From positions 141,485 to 205,484 of the forward strand of contig NIVC01002093.1 in NCBI GenBank assembly GCA_002269645.1: 64,000 nucleotides of DNA, in the 5' to 3' direction. The stretch's first letter is position 1. Each line of letters begins with the position of its first letter. The notes beneath the pieces were generated by a model. That model was given only the letters and a program-made list of their open reading frames with translations, was not told where the DNA came from and ran no database searches. Of the stretch, positions 25,969 through 39,155 are shown in pieces. Made by a program: the position numbers and the translations under genes. Origin of the DNA: Macrostomum lignano (taxonomy: Eukaryota).

Positions 25969-28869
25969 AATTTGCCCTTCGGCGCCGAGCCAGGACCCTC
26001 CAAAGGCGAGCGCTCGAAACCAAAGACCCATCTGACAGAGAGGCCTATACCCGTGCGATCCACGAGTTTAAGGGCCAAGTCAGAAGGGCCAAGACGGCCA
26101 AGTGGCGCCAATACTGCGAAGGGCTTGAGGGCTCTCGCCCCGTAGCCCGCGTGGTTAAGGCACTCACAAATGACCGTTTTTCTAAACTCTCTGTTGTAAA
26201 GAGACCTGACGGCTCGGTCACAGGGAGCTCTGAAGAGACTCTGGAGCTAATGCTCAACAGTTTCTTCCCTAAATCTCCGACTCAGCAGGGCCCGCCTGAC
26301 CACACAGTGGGAGGGCAAGGCCTAGCAAAGTCTATAATCACCAAAGACCGCATTATTAGAGCGGCAAGGTCCTCTAACCCGTTCAAGGCGCCTGGGCCCG
26401 ACGGCATCTACCCAGCGTTCTTGCACGAGGCGGCGAAAAACCACCGCTTTCTGGACCTCCTCTGTCGTCTCCTCCGAGCTTGTGTGGAACTGGGCTATGT
26501 ACCAGTTGCGTGGAGAGAGGCCCGGGTGGTCTTTATCCCCAAGCCTGGAAAGAGCGATTACCAATCGGTGAAGGCCTTCAGGCCTATCAGCCTCACTTCT
26601 TTCTGCCTCAAGCTCCTCGAGAGACTGGTGCTCTGGCGCCTACTTTCAGTCGAGCTGAAGCGCTTCCCACTCTCGCAGAACCAGCACGCCTTCCGCGCGG
26701 GCAGGTCTACCGAGAGTGCCCTCCATGTCATTGTTGACTTCCTGGAGAGGGCCGTTCTTGGCAGCGGCTTTGCCCTCTCGCTTTTTCTGGACATTGAGGG
26801 GGCCTTCGACAACGTCATCTTCGAGGCCTTTTGCAGAGCCCTGGAATCCAGGGCCACGCACCCTCACCTTGTCCGGTGGATCATGTTCATGATCCGGAAC
26901 CGCACTGTTGTGGCCCACCTGAACGGCAGCTCTCTTTCGGCGCCTGTCCAAAAAGGGGGCCCCCAGGGCGGAGTTCTCACCCCCGTTCTCTGGAACATGG
27001 TCATGGATGAGCTGCTTTGCAGTGATCTCCACGACCCCATTCTCAAGGTGGGCTATGCCGATGACGTGACCGCGATCTGCGCGGGCCCCTCGGTTGACAC
27101 CATCAGAGATCTTCTGCAGGGCTTTCTGGGACGAGCGGAGCGTTGGGCAAACCAATGTGGTCTTAGACTCTCAGAGTCGAAAACCACAGCGGTCATGTTT
27201 ACCAACAAACTGCTCTGGACCATTAAGCCCCTCACCCTCTATGGAAAGAACATTTCCATGGAGAAGCAGGTCCGCTGCCTGGGCCTCACTCTGGACCACA
27301 GGCTCAACTGGACTCCGCACATTCAAACTAAAGCCAAAAAAGCCCTGGCTGTCCTGGCTCAGATCAGGCGCGCCGTGGGCACCACCTGGGGGCTCACCCC
27401 AGGAAGCTGTGGTGGATTTACACTGCAATCATCCGCCCCTCGATCAGTTACGCCAGCCTCGTGTGGGCTAGCGGTCTGGGCGTCAAGAGTAACCTCGACG
27501 CTCTCTACAAAATCCAGGGCAGAGCCTGCCGCATGACTATGGGCGCTCCACCCTCTACTCCTTTTGAAGGCATGAATGCCTTCCTCTGCACCCCTCCTCT
27601 GGATATTTATATCAAAGGAGAGGCGGCGAAGAGCACACGGCGTCTTGTGGATGCTGGGGTGGCCTTCAAGAAAGTGCGGGCCTTTAAGAAGCGGCCGCTT
27701 ATCCCGCACTCTGACCTCTGCCTCAAGGCTCTAGAAGAATGTGGCGGGCTCAACATCCTCTCGGACTCGATCCCAGCCACCCTTCTCCTGAGCCAAAGGT
27801 ATAAGGTCACTATTCAGCCTCGACATGAGGCGAGTGACAGCTGGAGCGATTCTGAAGTCCACTGTTACACTGACGGCTCTATGAAGCATGGTCTTTCAGG
27901 CTTCGGAGCGTGCGTCTTCTTCAAGGGAGAAGTGGCGTGGAGCTACTCCCAGCACACTGGGCTCAACTCCAGTGATTTTCAGAGCGAGGTGCTTGCCATC
28001 AGCTCCTGCGCGGCAGAACTGCGCCGAAGGCAGCTTAGCGGTCGGAAGCTTATTTTTCACTCTGACAGCCAAGCAGCCCTTCGGGCCCTCTGCCGCTGCA
28101 CCACCAGCTCCAGGTCCGTCCTGGACTGCAACACCCAGCTCAACGGGCTTGCGCTAGGCAACCAGGTGGAGCTCAGATGGATCCCGGGCCACGCCGGCTT
28201 CCTCGGCAACGAGCGCGCCGACCTGCTGGCCAAGGCTGGCTCCGCCGGCGCGCTGCTGGGGCCGGGCCCGGGAGCCCCCATCCCCGCCTCGGTGATCAAC
28301 TCCCGCGTTAAGCGCTGGGCTGACTCCGAGCATCTCCGCAGGTGGCACGACACCCGGAACTGTAGGCAATCCCGGGCGGCCGTCCCCTGCCCCTCCCCTC
28401 TCCTGCGTAGAGCCCTCCTCAGGCTCAACCGCAGAGACCTCAGAGCAGTTAGCATGGCCCTCTCCGGGCATGGCTGCTTCTCTCGTCACCGCTTCCTTCA
28501 GGGCCAGGTACCCGAGGAGCGGTGCCCCTTCTGCCGCTCAGGCAGTGAAAACGCCGAGCATTTTATCTGCCACTGCCCGGTTTTCACCAGGGCCAGGCTC
28601 ACTCACCTCGGGCCAAACCCGGTTCTCTCCGACGTTTGCAGGCCCGAGAGCATCCCGCTGCTCGCCCGGTACCTCAGGGACACGGGACGAGCCGATTTCT
28701 TCCCCACTGTCGGTGAGGAGGATCACGCTGCAGGCGAGACCGACGGGTCCCCCTGAGCGACTTCACTTCAACGGAAGTCATTGGTCGCCAGGGGCTAGCG
28801 GAATGGGCGGTCTCCTCCGCCTCCCCGCTGCATCCGCCGGACGCCCCCTGCAGCTAAGTCAAGTAAGTC

Positions 28870-28902
<33 letters not shown>

Positions 28903-28919
28903 CTTCATCATCATCATCA
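25969..28919 (+). mobile_element. 5'-truncated non-LTR retrotransposon with RT, RNase H and C-terminal CCHC motif (LOA/R1-related clade likely)
   Basis: Frame open from 25974. KAPGPDG, FRPISLTS, LDIEGAFD, PQGGVLTP and YADD (27054-27065); RNase H YTDGS...SDSQAAL...WIPGH...GNERAD; CPFC...EHFICHC. The 3' UTR ends in AAGTC repeats followed by (ATC)n. Confidence 0.92.
25974..28756 (+). pseudogene. LINE ORF2 (RT-RNase H) with a single 1-bp frameshift
   Basis: Adding one C to the CCCC run at 27397-27400 restores [27 protein letters not shown] and joins track ORFs 26151-27536 and 27461-28756. Confidence 0.9.
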
Positions 28920-31506
28920 TCACAATATACTAAATCTCTAAGGTTTGACCGGTATTCCAGTCTACAGCCTGAATGCCTGAACCGATTTTTTTCAAACTTG
29001 CTTTATTCAACTCAAAATTCTTGTGAGATTGTGTGGGTGTAATTGCATTGAAAAATTCGAATGAGAAGTTGGTTAAATATTCGAAAAACGAGTTTTCCCA
29101 ATGCTTTCAATGGGAGGCTAGAAAAGGTCAAAATCTCACTAACTGAATTTCAATTCCAATTAAGATTGCGCCACAACTTTTCTCTGTTCACTGTGTACGC
29201 CTCAATACTGGCTGCAATAGGGGAGAGTAAAATAATGCTCAGTGGCTGCGTGTGTACATTCTGACCCTGGCTGACTGGCGGACTGCATAGACAATTGCTA
29301 TTAATAGATTTCACTCAACTGTGCATTGGCTCTGCCTGCACAACCTGTGCACACTGAGCAGCCTATCACTGCTATGTATTTGACTGCAGTGCCGAAGCAT
29401 ATATGGCTGATTTTTGCACCCTCCGATCAGTAGGCGGAATAGCCGCAGTGTAGGCACTAGGACTAGGTTTAAGCTAGGCATAAGGTCCAAGGTTCGAGTC
29501 CGCCTCCCCAGCGGATAATTAAAATTAAATAAATTCATTCATTAGTAGCTTCTGCCTCGACTATTTTGAGCATTTTTAGAATAATTTTTTGCTACTCGCA
29601 CAAGCCAGTAAGCAAATTTGATTTGATTTGAAAAATCCAAAGATCCCATTAATTGTTATTATCTAGGTCTATAGAAGTAGATATTACTAAACTGCAGATG
29701 ATGCTGCTAAACTGCTGAGGTATTGCTAAATGCTGAGTGGTGCAAAAGATTGCCGATATGTGTCGAAAATCTATTAGTGAGCCATAAAATGCTGAGCAAA
29801 TTTTTAAATCATTGAAAAGATCATTGCAGTTTGCTGAAAATACTGAGGGGCCAGCTGAGAGAACTGCAGACTGCTGAGGGGATAAATGAGAATTATTAAG
29901 GAAACACTTGCTGACTGCAAATGAATTGACTGCAGACTACTGAGGGGAACTGCAGATTGTTGAAGGGATCATTGCAGACTGCAAAGGGGACAAACTGCAA
30001 ACTCCTGACGTCGGTTAGTTTCTCGAGACTTATGAGCGTATAAGCTGCAAACTGCCGAGGGGATAGCTGCAGACTGCTAGGATAATAATGGCAGACTTCT
30101 GAGGAGGATATCTAACTGTGAATAATTGTAGCTTGCAGAAGGGACAATTCTGGGTCCCTGAGGGATAAATGAATAATATTAATAAAAGTTGTAGAGTGCA
30201 AATGAGTTGTATGACTGCAGTCTGTTTTGCGGAATTAGAAGGGATAATTTCAGGTTGTTGTGGGGATAACTGCCAATTTCTGGGGAGGGTTTAACTTTAA
30301 ACTTCTGAGGCGATAATAGTAGTCACCTTTTAGCAGTTTGGGAGTGGTGCTAATCTGGGGAGCGGTGCTAATCTAAGGGAGTGGGGCTAATATAAAGGAG
30401 TGGGGGGGGGGCTAATCTGGGGGATTGGGGCTAATCTGGGGGATTGGGGCTAATCTGGGGGATTGGGGCTAATCTGGGGGATTGGGGCTAATCTGGAGGA
30501 AGTAGCGGTGCGAATTTTTGCGGAGTGGTGCAAATCTGGAGAAGTAGTGCTAATCTGGGAAGGTGAAACTATCTGGGAAGCGGCGGTAATCTGTGGAGCG
30601 GTGCTAATCTAGGCTGAGTGCTAATCTGGGCTGAGTGCTAATCTGGGCTGAGTGCTAATCTGGGCTGAGTGCTAATCTGGGCAGAGTGCTAATCTGGGCT
30701 GAGTGCTAATCTGGGCAGAGTGCTAATCTAGGCTGAGTGCTAATCTAGGCTGAGTGCTATCTTAGGCTGAGTGCTAATCTGGGCTGAGTACTAATCTAGG
30801 CTGAGTGCTAATCTGGGCTGAGTGCTAATCTGGGCTGAGTGCTAATCTAGGCTGAGTGCTATCTTAGGCTGAGTGCTAATCTGGGCTGAGTGCTAATCTG
30901 GGCTGAGTGCTAATCTGGGCTGAGTGCTAATCTAGGCTGAGTGCTAATCTAGGCTGAGTGCTAATCTGGGCGCAGTGCTAATCTGGGCTGAGTGCTAATC
31001 TGGGCTGAGTGCTAATCTGGGCTGAGTGCTAATCTGGGCTGAGTGCTAATCTAGGCTGAGTGCTAATCTGGGCGCAGTGCTAATCTGGGCGTAGTGCTAA
31101 TCTGGGCGCAGTGCTAATCTGGGCGCAGTGCTAATCTGGGGGAAGTGGGGCTAATCTGGGGGTGTGCGGCTAATATGGGGGGAGTAGTGCTAATCTGGGG
31201 GAAGTGGGGCTAATCTGGGGGTGTATGTCTAATGTGGGAGAATAGTGCTAATCTGGTGAGGATTTGAAAATAACGAATAGTCATAAAAGAACTATAAATG
31301 AATTGACATTGCAAAGTTTCAAACATTAAGAAATGTAACTTTTTAGAAATTTTTAGTCTCAGTAAAATTGGTGTACAACTGCTTAGAGATTTGCTACTGC
31401 AGAACTGCTCAGAGATTAGTGAGATTTGCTCAGCGACTGTGCAAAACTGCTTATAGACAAGCGCTAAACTGCTAAGAAGCCACCCGGAGGGGGGCTGAAT
31501 GGCTAG
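28920..31506 (+). mobile_element. Complete non-autonomous Helitron with 17-bp array
   Basis: 5' TCACAATATACTAAATC; 3' GCCACCCGGAGGGGGGCTGAATGGCTAG (CTAG at 31503-31506). Confidence 0.82.
30340..31260 (+). repeat. 17-bp minisatellite (CTAATCTGGGCTGAGTG)
   Basis: Direct reading. Confidence 0.96.
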
Positions 31507-34452
31507 TCACAATATACTAAATCTCTAAGATCTGACCGGTATTTCAGTCTACAGCCTGAATGCCTGAACCGATTTTCTTCAAACTTGCTTTATTCAATTG
31601 CAAATTCTTGTGAGATTGTGTGGTTGTAATTGCATTGAAAAATTCGACTGGGAAGATGATTAAAAATTCAAAAAACGAGTTTTCCCAATGCTTTCAATGG
31701 GAGGCTAGAAAAGTTCAAAATCTCACTAACTGAATTTCAATTCCAATTAAGATTGCGCCACAACTTTTCCCTCTTCATTGTGTAGTAGGCCTCAGTACTG
31801 GATGCAGTGTGGAAGGGAGAGAAAAATGCTCAGTGGCGGCGTGTGTACATTTTGCTCTGGCGGACTGCATAGACAATTGCTATTTAAAGATCTCACTTAA
31901 TTGTGCATTGGCTCTGCCTGCATACAACCTGTGCACACTGAACAGCCTATCAATGCTATGTATTTGACTGCAATGCCAAAGCATATATGGCTGATTTTTG
32001 CGCCCTCCAATTAGAAAGCGGAGTAGCTGCAGTGTAGGCACTAGGACTAGGTTTAGGCTAGGCGTAAGGTCCAAGGTTCGACTCTGCCTCCTTGGTGGAT
32101 GATCAAAATTAAATTTATTCATTTATAGCTTTCCCTCAACTAATTGGAATATTTTTGTTGAATTCGCAAGGCACACTTAATGAATAATTTTTGCCATATA
32201 CAAAATTATTCAAATTCACTAAGCAAATTTGATTTGTAAAAAAACTGCTTCGAGCATTACTTATCGCATCAATGGGTATTGCCTACCAGCTCCAAGAAAG
32301 TATGAAATTGCTAAGCTGCTGAATTGGGTGAAAAAATGAATTGGCTGAATTGGGAAAAAACTGCCGATTTGTATCAAAAATTGATTAGTGAACTGTAATA
32401 AATGCTGAGAAAAAATTAAGATTCTTGAAAGGATCCTTTATTTCAGTTTGATAAGTATACTGAGGAGCCCGCCGAGAGGAGAACTGCAGACTGCTGAGGG
32501 GAACTGCAGATTGGCGAAAGGATCATTCATGCAGACTGCAAAGGGGACAAACTGAAAACTGCTTAGGTAGTTCTTCCAGACTTATAAGGCTATAGCTGCA
32601 AACTGCTGAGGGGGACTGCTTCGAGGATTGGTAGACTTCTGAGCTGTTGTTTGCTGAGGGGACAGTTCTAGGCTGCTGAGGAGATAAATGCTTAATAATT
32701 GTTATAGACTGCAAGGGGATAACTCCAAGCTGCTAAGATAATGACTGCAGTCTGTTTTGTAGGATTAGAAGGGATAATTTCAGGTTGTTGTGGGGATATC
32801 TCAGGAATTGCTAAGATGTAATGGCTCTTTGGGGCAATTTCTGAGATTTTAAGGCCCTTGGAGCATTGCTGATATGCCATGTCTTACTGGAAGAATTGCT
32901 TGAATTGAGGTTTCAAAGACTTATGAGGGGAAGTGTTGAGATTACAAAGCTGAAGGGGGGGAAATGCTGCAATTGCTTTCTTTTGGGGGATGCTTGCTAT
33001 TTAGGAATTTAGAATGCGTATTTGTGCCAAGACTGCCGATATGTATCGAAAAGTAGTGAACCGATTAGATAATCGTACTAAATTGTTAGCAAATTTTTTT
33101 TGTAGAAAATATCATTGCAGTTTGCTAAGCAGGAGACTGAGAAGCTGGCCAACAGGAGAACTGCAGATTGTCAAAAGGATCATTCATGCAAACTGCAAAG
33201 GGGACAAACTGCAAACTGCTAAGGTAGTTCCTCCAGACATATAGATCATATCGTCTGAACGATCATATCATAGATGTAAAAATGTGAGATGTGCAGACGG
33301 AGTTCCTCCAGACCATATTCAGAAGCAATGATATGATCTTTGCTCCAGACTTATGAGCGTATGGCTGCAAACTGCTGAGGTGGTAATTGTGGACTACTGT
33401 GGACTGCTGAGTAAATTATTGTTTGCTGTTGGGACAATCTAGGCCGCTAGAATGACTGCAGTCTGTTTTTTGGGATTGGAAGGGATAATTTCAGGTTCTT
33501 GTGGAGACATCTCAGGAATTACTGAGATGTCAAGGCTTACTGGTTGAATTGCTGAGATGTCATGGCTGTTTGGGGTAATTTCTGAAAATTTCAAGGCTCA
33601 TGGGAATTTCTGAGATGTCAAGGCTTACTAAGGAAATTCTTGAGATGTTAAGATGTCAAGGCTTATTGAGAGAATTACTGAGATGTCAAGGCTTATTGGG
33701 GGAATTTCTGAATGGCAAGGCTTATTGGTAGAATTGCTGAGATTTGATGGCTTTTTGGGGTAATTTCTGAGACTTCAAGGCTCACGGAGAATTGCTCAGA
33801 TGTCAAGGCTTACTGGGGGAATTACTGAGATTTCAAGGCTTACTGGAGGAATTTCCGAGATGTCAAGGCTTACTGGCCTAGGAGAATTGCGTAGATGTCA
33901 AGGCTCAAGTTTAATTGCTGATGTCGATGCTTACTGAGGGAATTTCTCAGATGTCAAGGCTCGTGGGGGATGGCTGAATTGTTGAGATATCAAGGCTCAT
34001 TGGGGAGTGGCTGAATTTTTGGGGGGAGGGGGTTAGGTTGTTGAGCGATTGTCAGATCGTCAAGTAGTACGGCTCAAGTGGATCATTTAATTTGATGATG
34101 GAATAGTACACAAAAATAATGCCCATTTCTGCTAATAGGAAATAAAAAAATCAGAGATTGGCATATTGAGCTCCTGCTGCAGACCAGAATATGCCCAAGC
34201 CAATGAAGATATGCACTAAGAGTTTGTGCTTAAAAGGATAAGCACTATTTGCTGATTGAAAAAGGGTTTTAGGCTGATGAAGGAAATATTTTAGGCTGGT
34301 GAAAGTCTTGATTCATTGCAATTTATTTTTGCCAGTAAGCGAAAAAGTAACTTTTGATTAATGGAAATTGAAATTAATGGTTATTCTTGGGTCAAAATAA
34401 AAACCACTTGGTGTCAATTTTAAGGCCCCCCAGCGGGGGGCTAAATGGCTAG
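31507..34452 (+). mobile_element. Complete non-autonomous Helitron
   Basis: 5' TCACAATATACT at 31507; 3' hairpin plus CTAG at 34449-34452. Confidence 0.82.
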
Positions 34453-36507
34453 TCTATATACTAATTTTGCGCTGTATTCGTGCGTGCGTGCGTGTAATTG
34501 ATTTTTTCGAGAATGGCTCAACCGATTGTCTTCAAACTTGCACCATTCGATCAGAAATTTTCCTGGGATGGTGCATCATGCATCTTGGCTAAGAAAGTGA
34601 TCAATATTAAAGGGATTAAATATTCGAAAAACAGGATTTTCTGCAAAGGTCAAGCAGCTCTTTCGACCTGAAATGCATTGTAAGAATGCTAGAGAAAAAC
34701 CTGACTGACTGAATTTCAATTCTGATAAAGATTGCATCACAGCAAGTTGAAAACAGTGCCAAAGAAATGCACACACGACTTGATTTAAATTGCGTAACCG
34801 TAATGCTAACTTAAATTGAGACTGATATTGGCTGACTGAGAAATTGATTATGTCATAACTTTTTACTCTAACCGATTTGCCATAAGAATTGAATTATAAG
34901 GGCCACAATTCATGTTCTCCAATCGACAAGAGATAGCCTAGATGCGAACAGACTGGACTGCTAATTCAGCGACCTGGGTTCGAATCTTAGTAGTGCAAAA
35001 TAATTTTTCATTAAAACATCTTAAAAAATAAATGTTAAACATAAAAGAAGCACAATGTCAAACAAAAATGGCACCATTTCAAACATTAAAGGCCACCATG
35101 TCAAACATATATGTGACTCCATGTCTAACGTTAAAGAGCCACCATGTCAAACAATAAAGAGCCACCATGTCGAACATAAAAGAGCCACCATGTCAAACAC
35201 AAAACAGCTACCATGTCAAACATAAATGGGGTGCCTACTATCTTGGAGTGCTTGCTATCTGGAGATGCGTGCTATCTGGGGGTGCTTGCTATCTAAGGGT
35301 GCTTGCTATTAGGTGGATGCTTGCTATTAGGTGGATGCTTGCTATCTAGGGTGCCTGCTATGTTGGAGTGCTTGCTATCTGGAGATGCGTGCTATCTGGG
35401 GGTGCTTGCTATCTGGAGATGCGTGCTATCTGGGGGTGCTTGCTATCTGGGGGTGCTTGCTATTAGGTGGATGCTCGCTATCTGGGGGTGCTTGCTATTA
35501 GGTGGATGCTTGCTATCTGGAGATGCGTGCTATCTTGGAGTGATTGCTATCTGGGGGTGCTTGCTATCTGGGGGTGCTTGCTATCTAAGGGTGCTTGCTA
35601 TCTAAGGGTGCTTGCTATTAGGTGGAAGCTTGCTATCTTGGGGTGCTTGCTATTAGGTGGATGCTTGCTATCTGGGGTGCCTGCTATGTTGGAGTGCTTG
35701 CTATCTTGAGATGCGTGCTATCTGGGGGTGCTTGCTATCTCGGGGGGATGCTTGCTATCTTGGGGGTTCTAGCTATCTGGGGGTGCTTGCTATTAGGTGG
35801 ATGCTTGCTATCTGGGGTGCCTGCTATCTTGGAGTGCTTGCTATCTGAAGATGCGTGCTATCTGGGGGTGCTTGCTATCTGGGGGTGCTTGCTATCTGGG
35901 GGTGCTTGCTATCTAAGGGTGCTTGCTATTAGGTGGATGCTTGCTATCTGGGGTGCCTGCTATCTGGGGGTGCTTGCTACCTGGGGATGCTTGCTATCTA
36001 AGGGTGCTTGCTATCTTGGGGTGCTTGCTTTCTAAGGGTGCTTGCTATTAAGTGGATGCTTGTTATCTTGGGGTGCTTGCTATTAGGTGGATGCTTGCTA
36101 TCTGGGGTGCCTGCTATCTGGGGGGTGCTTGCTATCTGGAGATGCTTGCTATCTAAGGGTGCTTGCTATTAGGTGGATGCTTGCTATCTTGGGGTGCTTG
36201 CTTTCTAAGGGTGCTTGCTATTAAGTGGATGCTTGTTATCTTGGGGTGCTTGCTATTAGGTGGATGCTTGCTATCTGGGGTGCCTGCTATCTGGGGGTGC
36301 TTGCTATCTGGAGATGCTTGCTATCTGGGGGTGCTTGCTATCTGGGGGGTTGCTTGCTGTCCTGGGATGTTTTCTTTTTGCATTGCACTTCATTTGAGCA
36401 GTTTTTCTATTGTCTATGTGAAGGCTTTATTTGGCCGTCTTTTTGATACTTGTAGAGAGCCAGAGATTCTATCTAGATGCCCCCCATCGGGGGGCGAAGA
36501 TTGCTAG
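34453..36507 (+). mobile_element. Complete non-autonomous Helitron (same family as 21835-25869)
   Basis: 5' TCTATATACTAAT; 3' CCCCCATCGGGGGGCGAAGATTGCTAG|T (CTAG at 36504-36507). Confidence 0.82.
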
Positions 36508-36539
36508 TGTTTTCTAAAACAAAACGCTTTCGCAGGGGA

Positions 36540-36800
36540 ATGGGGTAGAGTGAGGTGAGGGAGTGGGGTAAAGTGAGGAGAAGGAGTGGGGTAGAGTGAG
36601 AAGAGGGAGTGGGTAGAGTGAGGAGAGGGGGTGGGGTAGAGTGAGGAGAGGGAGTGGGGTAGAGTGAGAAGAGGGAGTGGGGTAGAGTGAGGAGAGGGAG
36701 TGGGTAGAGTAAGAAGAGGGAGTGGGGTAGAGTGAGGAGAGGGAGTGGGGTAGAGTGAGGAGAGGGAGTGGGGTAGAGTGAGGATAGGGAGTGGGGTAGA
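36540..36800 (+). repeat. About 23-24-bp purine-rich minisatellite (GGGGTAGAGTGAGGAGAGGGAGT)
   Basis: Direct reading. Confidence 0.93.
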
Positions 36801-37839
36801 GTTTGCAAACAATATTCCTAACAAAAAACATAACGATCCTACCTACATCGCCGAAGAGGTTTACATTATGCTGGTCTGGACCCCTTCTCTTCGGTGGAAA
36901 AAATCAGAAGTAAAAATGCATTTACACACGGGATTTAAAAGAAAGGGCAATCTAACAAACAGTCGGAATCATGTAAATAAATTAAACTAAAAAGTCAGGC
37001 TCATCTGGATGGAATGGTAAGAGATGAGCTCTCCCAGCGAAACAAGTCCACGTGTCACGACTCACCAGCCCTCCCCCATTGTGAAACTTAAAATAAAAAC
37101 GCAGTAAATCAAGGCTGGTCAAGACTTGAGTTATTTAAATCAACACAGAAGAGCCAAAACTTTGCCATATATTTGTCCTTCTACAGTTGCCAACAAACCC
37201 TCCTCCTTTCTCATCCGGGTTTTTGTAAAGACTTCACTTTAAGTGGATGAACGACCCTTTGCGAGAACACGCTAAACGACACAATATACATTTTCAGTCG
37301 ATGCCGAAGTGTGCACGTAACGATTGTGCAATGGATTAGGGGACTGCAAGTCAACGCAAGTTGCAAAGTGATAGAAGCGCACCCATGACAAGTCAGTTGA
37401 GGGGGGGGAAACTAAGCCATAACACGAGGTGCATAGAGTACATTACACACGCAACCCCACCCGCAGCGCACAAGCCAAGTCACCACAATTTTTACCTCTT
37501 ATTTCACAGTATATGAATTCACTATCAATGAAAAGGAACGGAAGAGGTAATCGTCAAGAAGAAACTAACCTCTATCGCTGTACTATAGAGTGTCGTAGTC
37601 GTATCCAAATCCTCATCGGCCATACTAAATCTGAAGAGATAAGTGAGATAAATTCCCGTATTCATCGATACATCGGTCATCGCGAAATCGACCCTCCCTC
37701 CTACCCTCCACCCCTCCCTCCTACCCTCCACCCCTCCCTCTTACCCTCCACCCCTCCCTCCTACCCTCCACCCCTCTCTCCTTCCCTCCACCCCTCTCTC
37801 CTTCCCTCCACCCCTCCCTCCTTCCGGACGGTCCGGACG

Positions 37840-38760
37840 GTCATTGAGTTTTAAGTTTCGGTACGTCCGCTCAAGTACCTCTTACAACTGCCTGTCATAG
37901 GCCTTGGCTGTAAACCCATGGATGTATAGGGCATAGGGCAAGTGCCATTTTCCTAGCGCACGGTGTATGTTCTTGAGCCCTTTCGGAGTCTATTAACTTT
38001 CAGGCGGTGCATCGTTGCGAAGCTGGGACACAATCTTTTTGGATCAACCCGCGGCCGCCTCTACTCCACCCATTCGGCGTGAAATTGGGTGGTCGGGCAG
38101 GCAGTGACGTGAGGTGCGCCCCCGCAGGTAGGGCCCGAACTTTATAGAGATGTCGGGGCCCTGGACGACAACGTCTACCTTAGTAATGTGTTTTCGTTTG
38201 GCATAGGGCTTGCACTTTTGTTTGACCTCTAATTCAGCCTCCTCCTCTTCCGAATCACTCCCGCTGGCCTCTTCTGAATCCGCGTCTGCCTGCTCTTCGG
38301 AGGCCTGGTTGTCCGTTTCGGGTTCGTAGTCCGCATCAAGATCCACATCGTCCATTTCGTGGTCCTCCGACGAATCAGAGTCAGGAGGTACAACAGCCTT
38401 GCGCTTGGGTGCCTGCAATGAATTGGAAGGAAGAAAAAAGTCTATATATGAATGTAGTGGACTAACAGGGCTTACTAGGGTCAATAAAGTGAGCAGAACA
38501 ATCTACTTATGCCCATGTTAAACCATAAGTTGCAGCATCTTGTGAAGCCGGGCCAGCTTATACCGGCCTTCTTCAGTGTTTGGGTAAAGGGCCTCAAAAG
38601 CCGTTTTGAAGGCCTCATTACCGGACAGCAACGTGGAGAGCACGGGCGTGTAAACACTGAGGCACGTAGGCACTAATTTAATCAATTTCCAGCATTTATC
38701 CACAAAATAATTGTGTGTTGTGCCTACTATTTCAAAGATTGAAGTTTCGGTACGTGCGCT
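37840..38760 (-). pseudogene. Degenerate copy or copies of the orphan gene at 40738-44130
   Basis: YTPVLSTLLSGNEAFKTAFEALYPNTEEGRYKLARLHKMLQ (about 38520-38665) and the acidic KRKAVVPP...DVDLDADYEP exon with the following domain align to 42460-42600 and 43540-44130. Contains in-frame stops and a deletion. Confidence 0.8.
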
Positions 38761-39077
38761 CATTTATCGGGATGTCTGGATTGCTGCGTTGATTTCTGTC
38801 AGAATTGCTGCGTGGATTGCTGTCTCTGCATTGTTGCGTTGAAGTTTGCCTTAGTTGCTGCTGGGTATATTACTGCCTGGATTGCTGTCTAATTGCTGCG
38901 TCAATCCGTGCCTCAATTGCTTCTTTATTAATCTAATACACTGACCAAAACGGGCTCTCTAAATCTTATACTTATACCAGTAAAAACGAAAATCGAAAAC
39001 GAAAAATTTAAGAGGTCAATTTTCCAAGGAATTTAGAGGGTCAAAATTTCCAAGAAAAATCAGTCTAGATTTTTCAT

Positions 39078-39155
39078 TATCCGGACTCAGTAGCTGAGGC
39101 TGATGGCTGCCGGACTCAGTAGCTGGGGCTGATGCACCGCCGCCGGACTCAGTAG
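39078..39155 (+). repeat. Short tandem repeat (CCGGACTCAGTAGCTG...), about 3 copies
   Basis: Direct reading. Confidence 0.75.

Noticed and set aside
35303-36507. Cys/Gly/Leu repeat ORFs (GCLLSG, DACYLG), also 23730-24065 and 25454-25909
   Set aside because: Translations of the 18-bp minisatellite.
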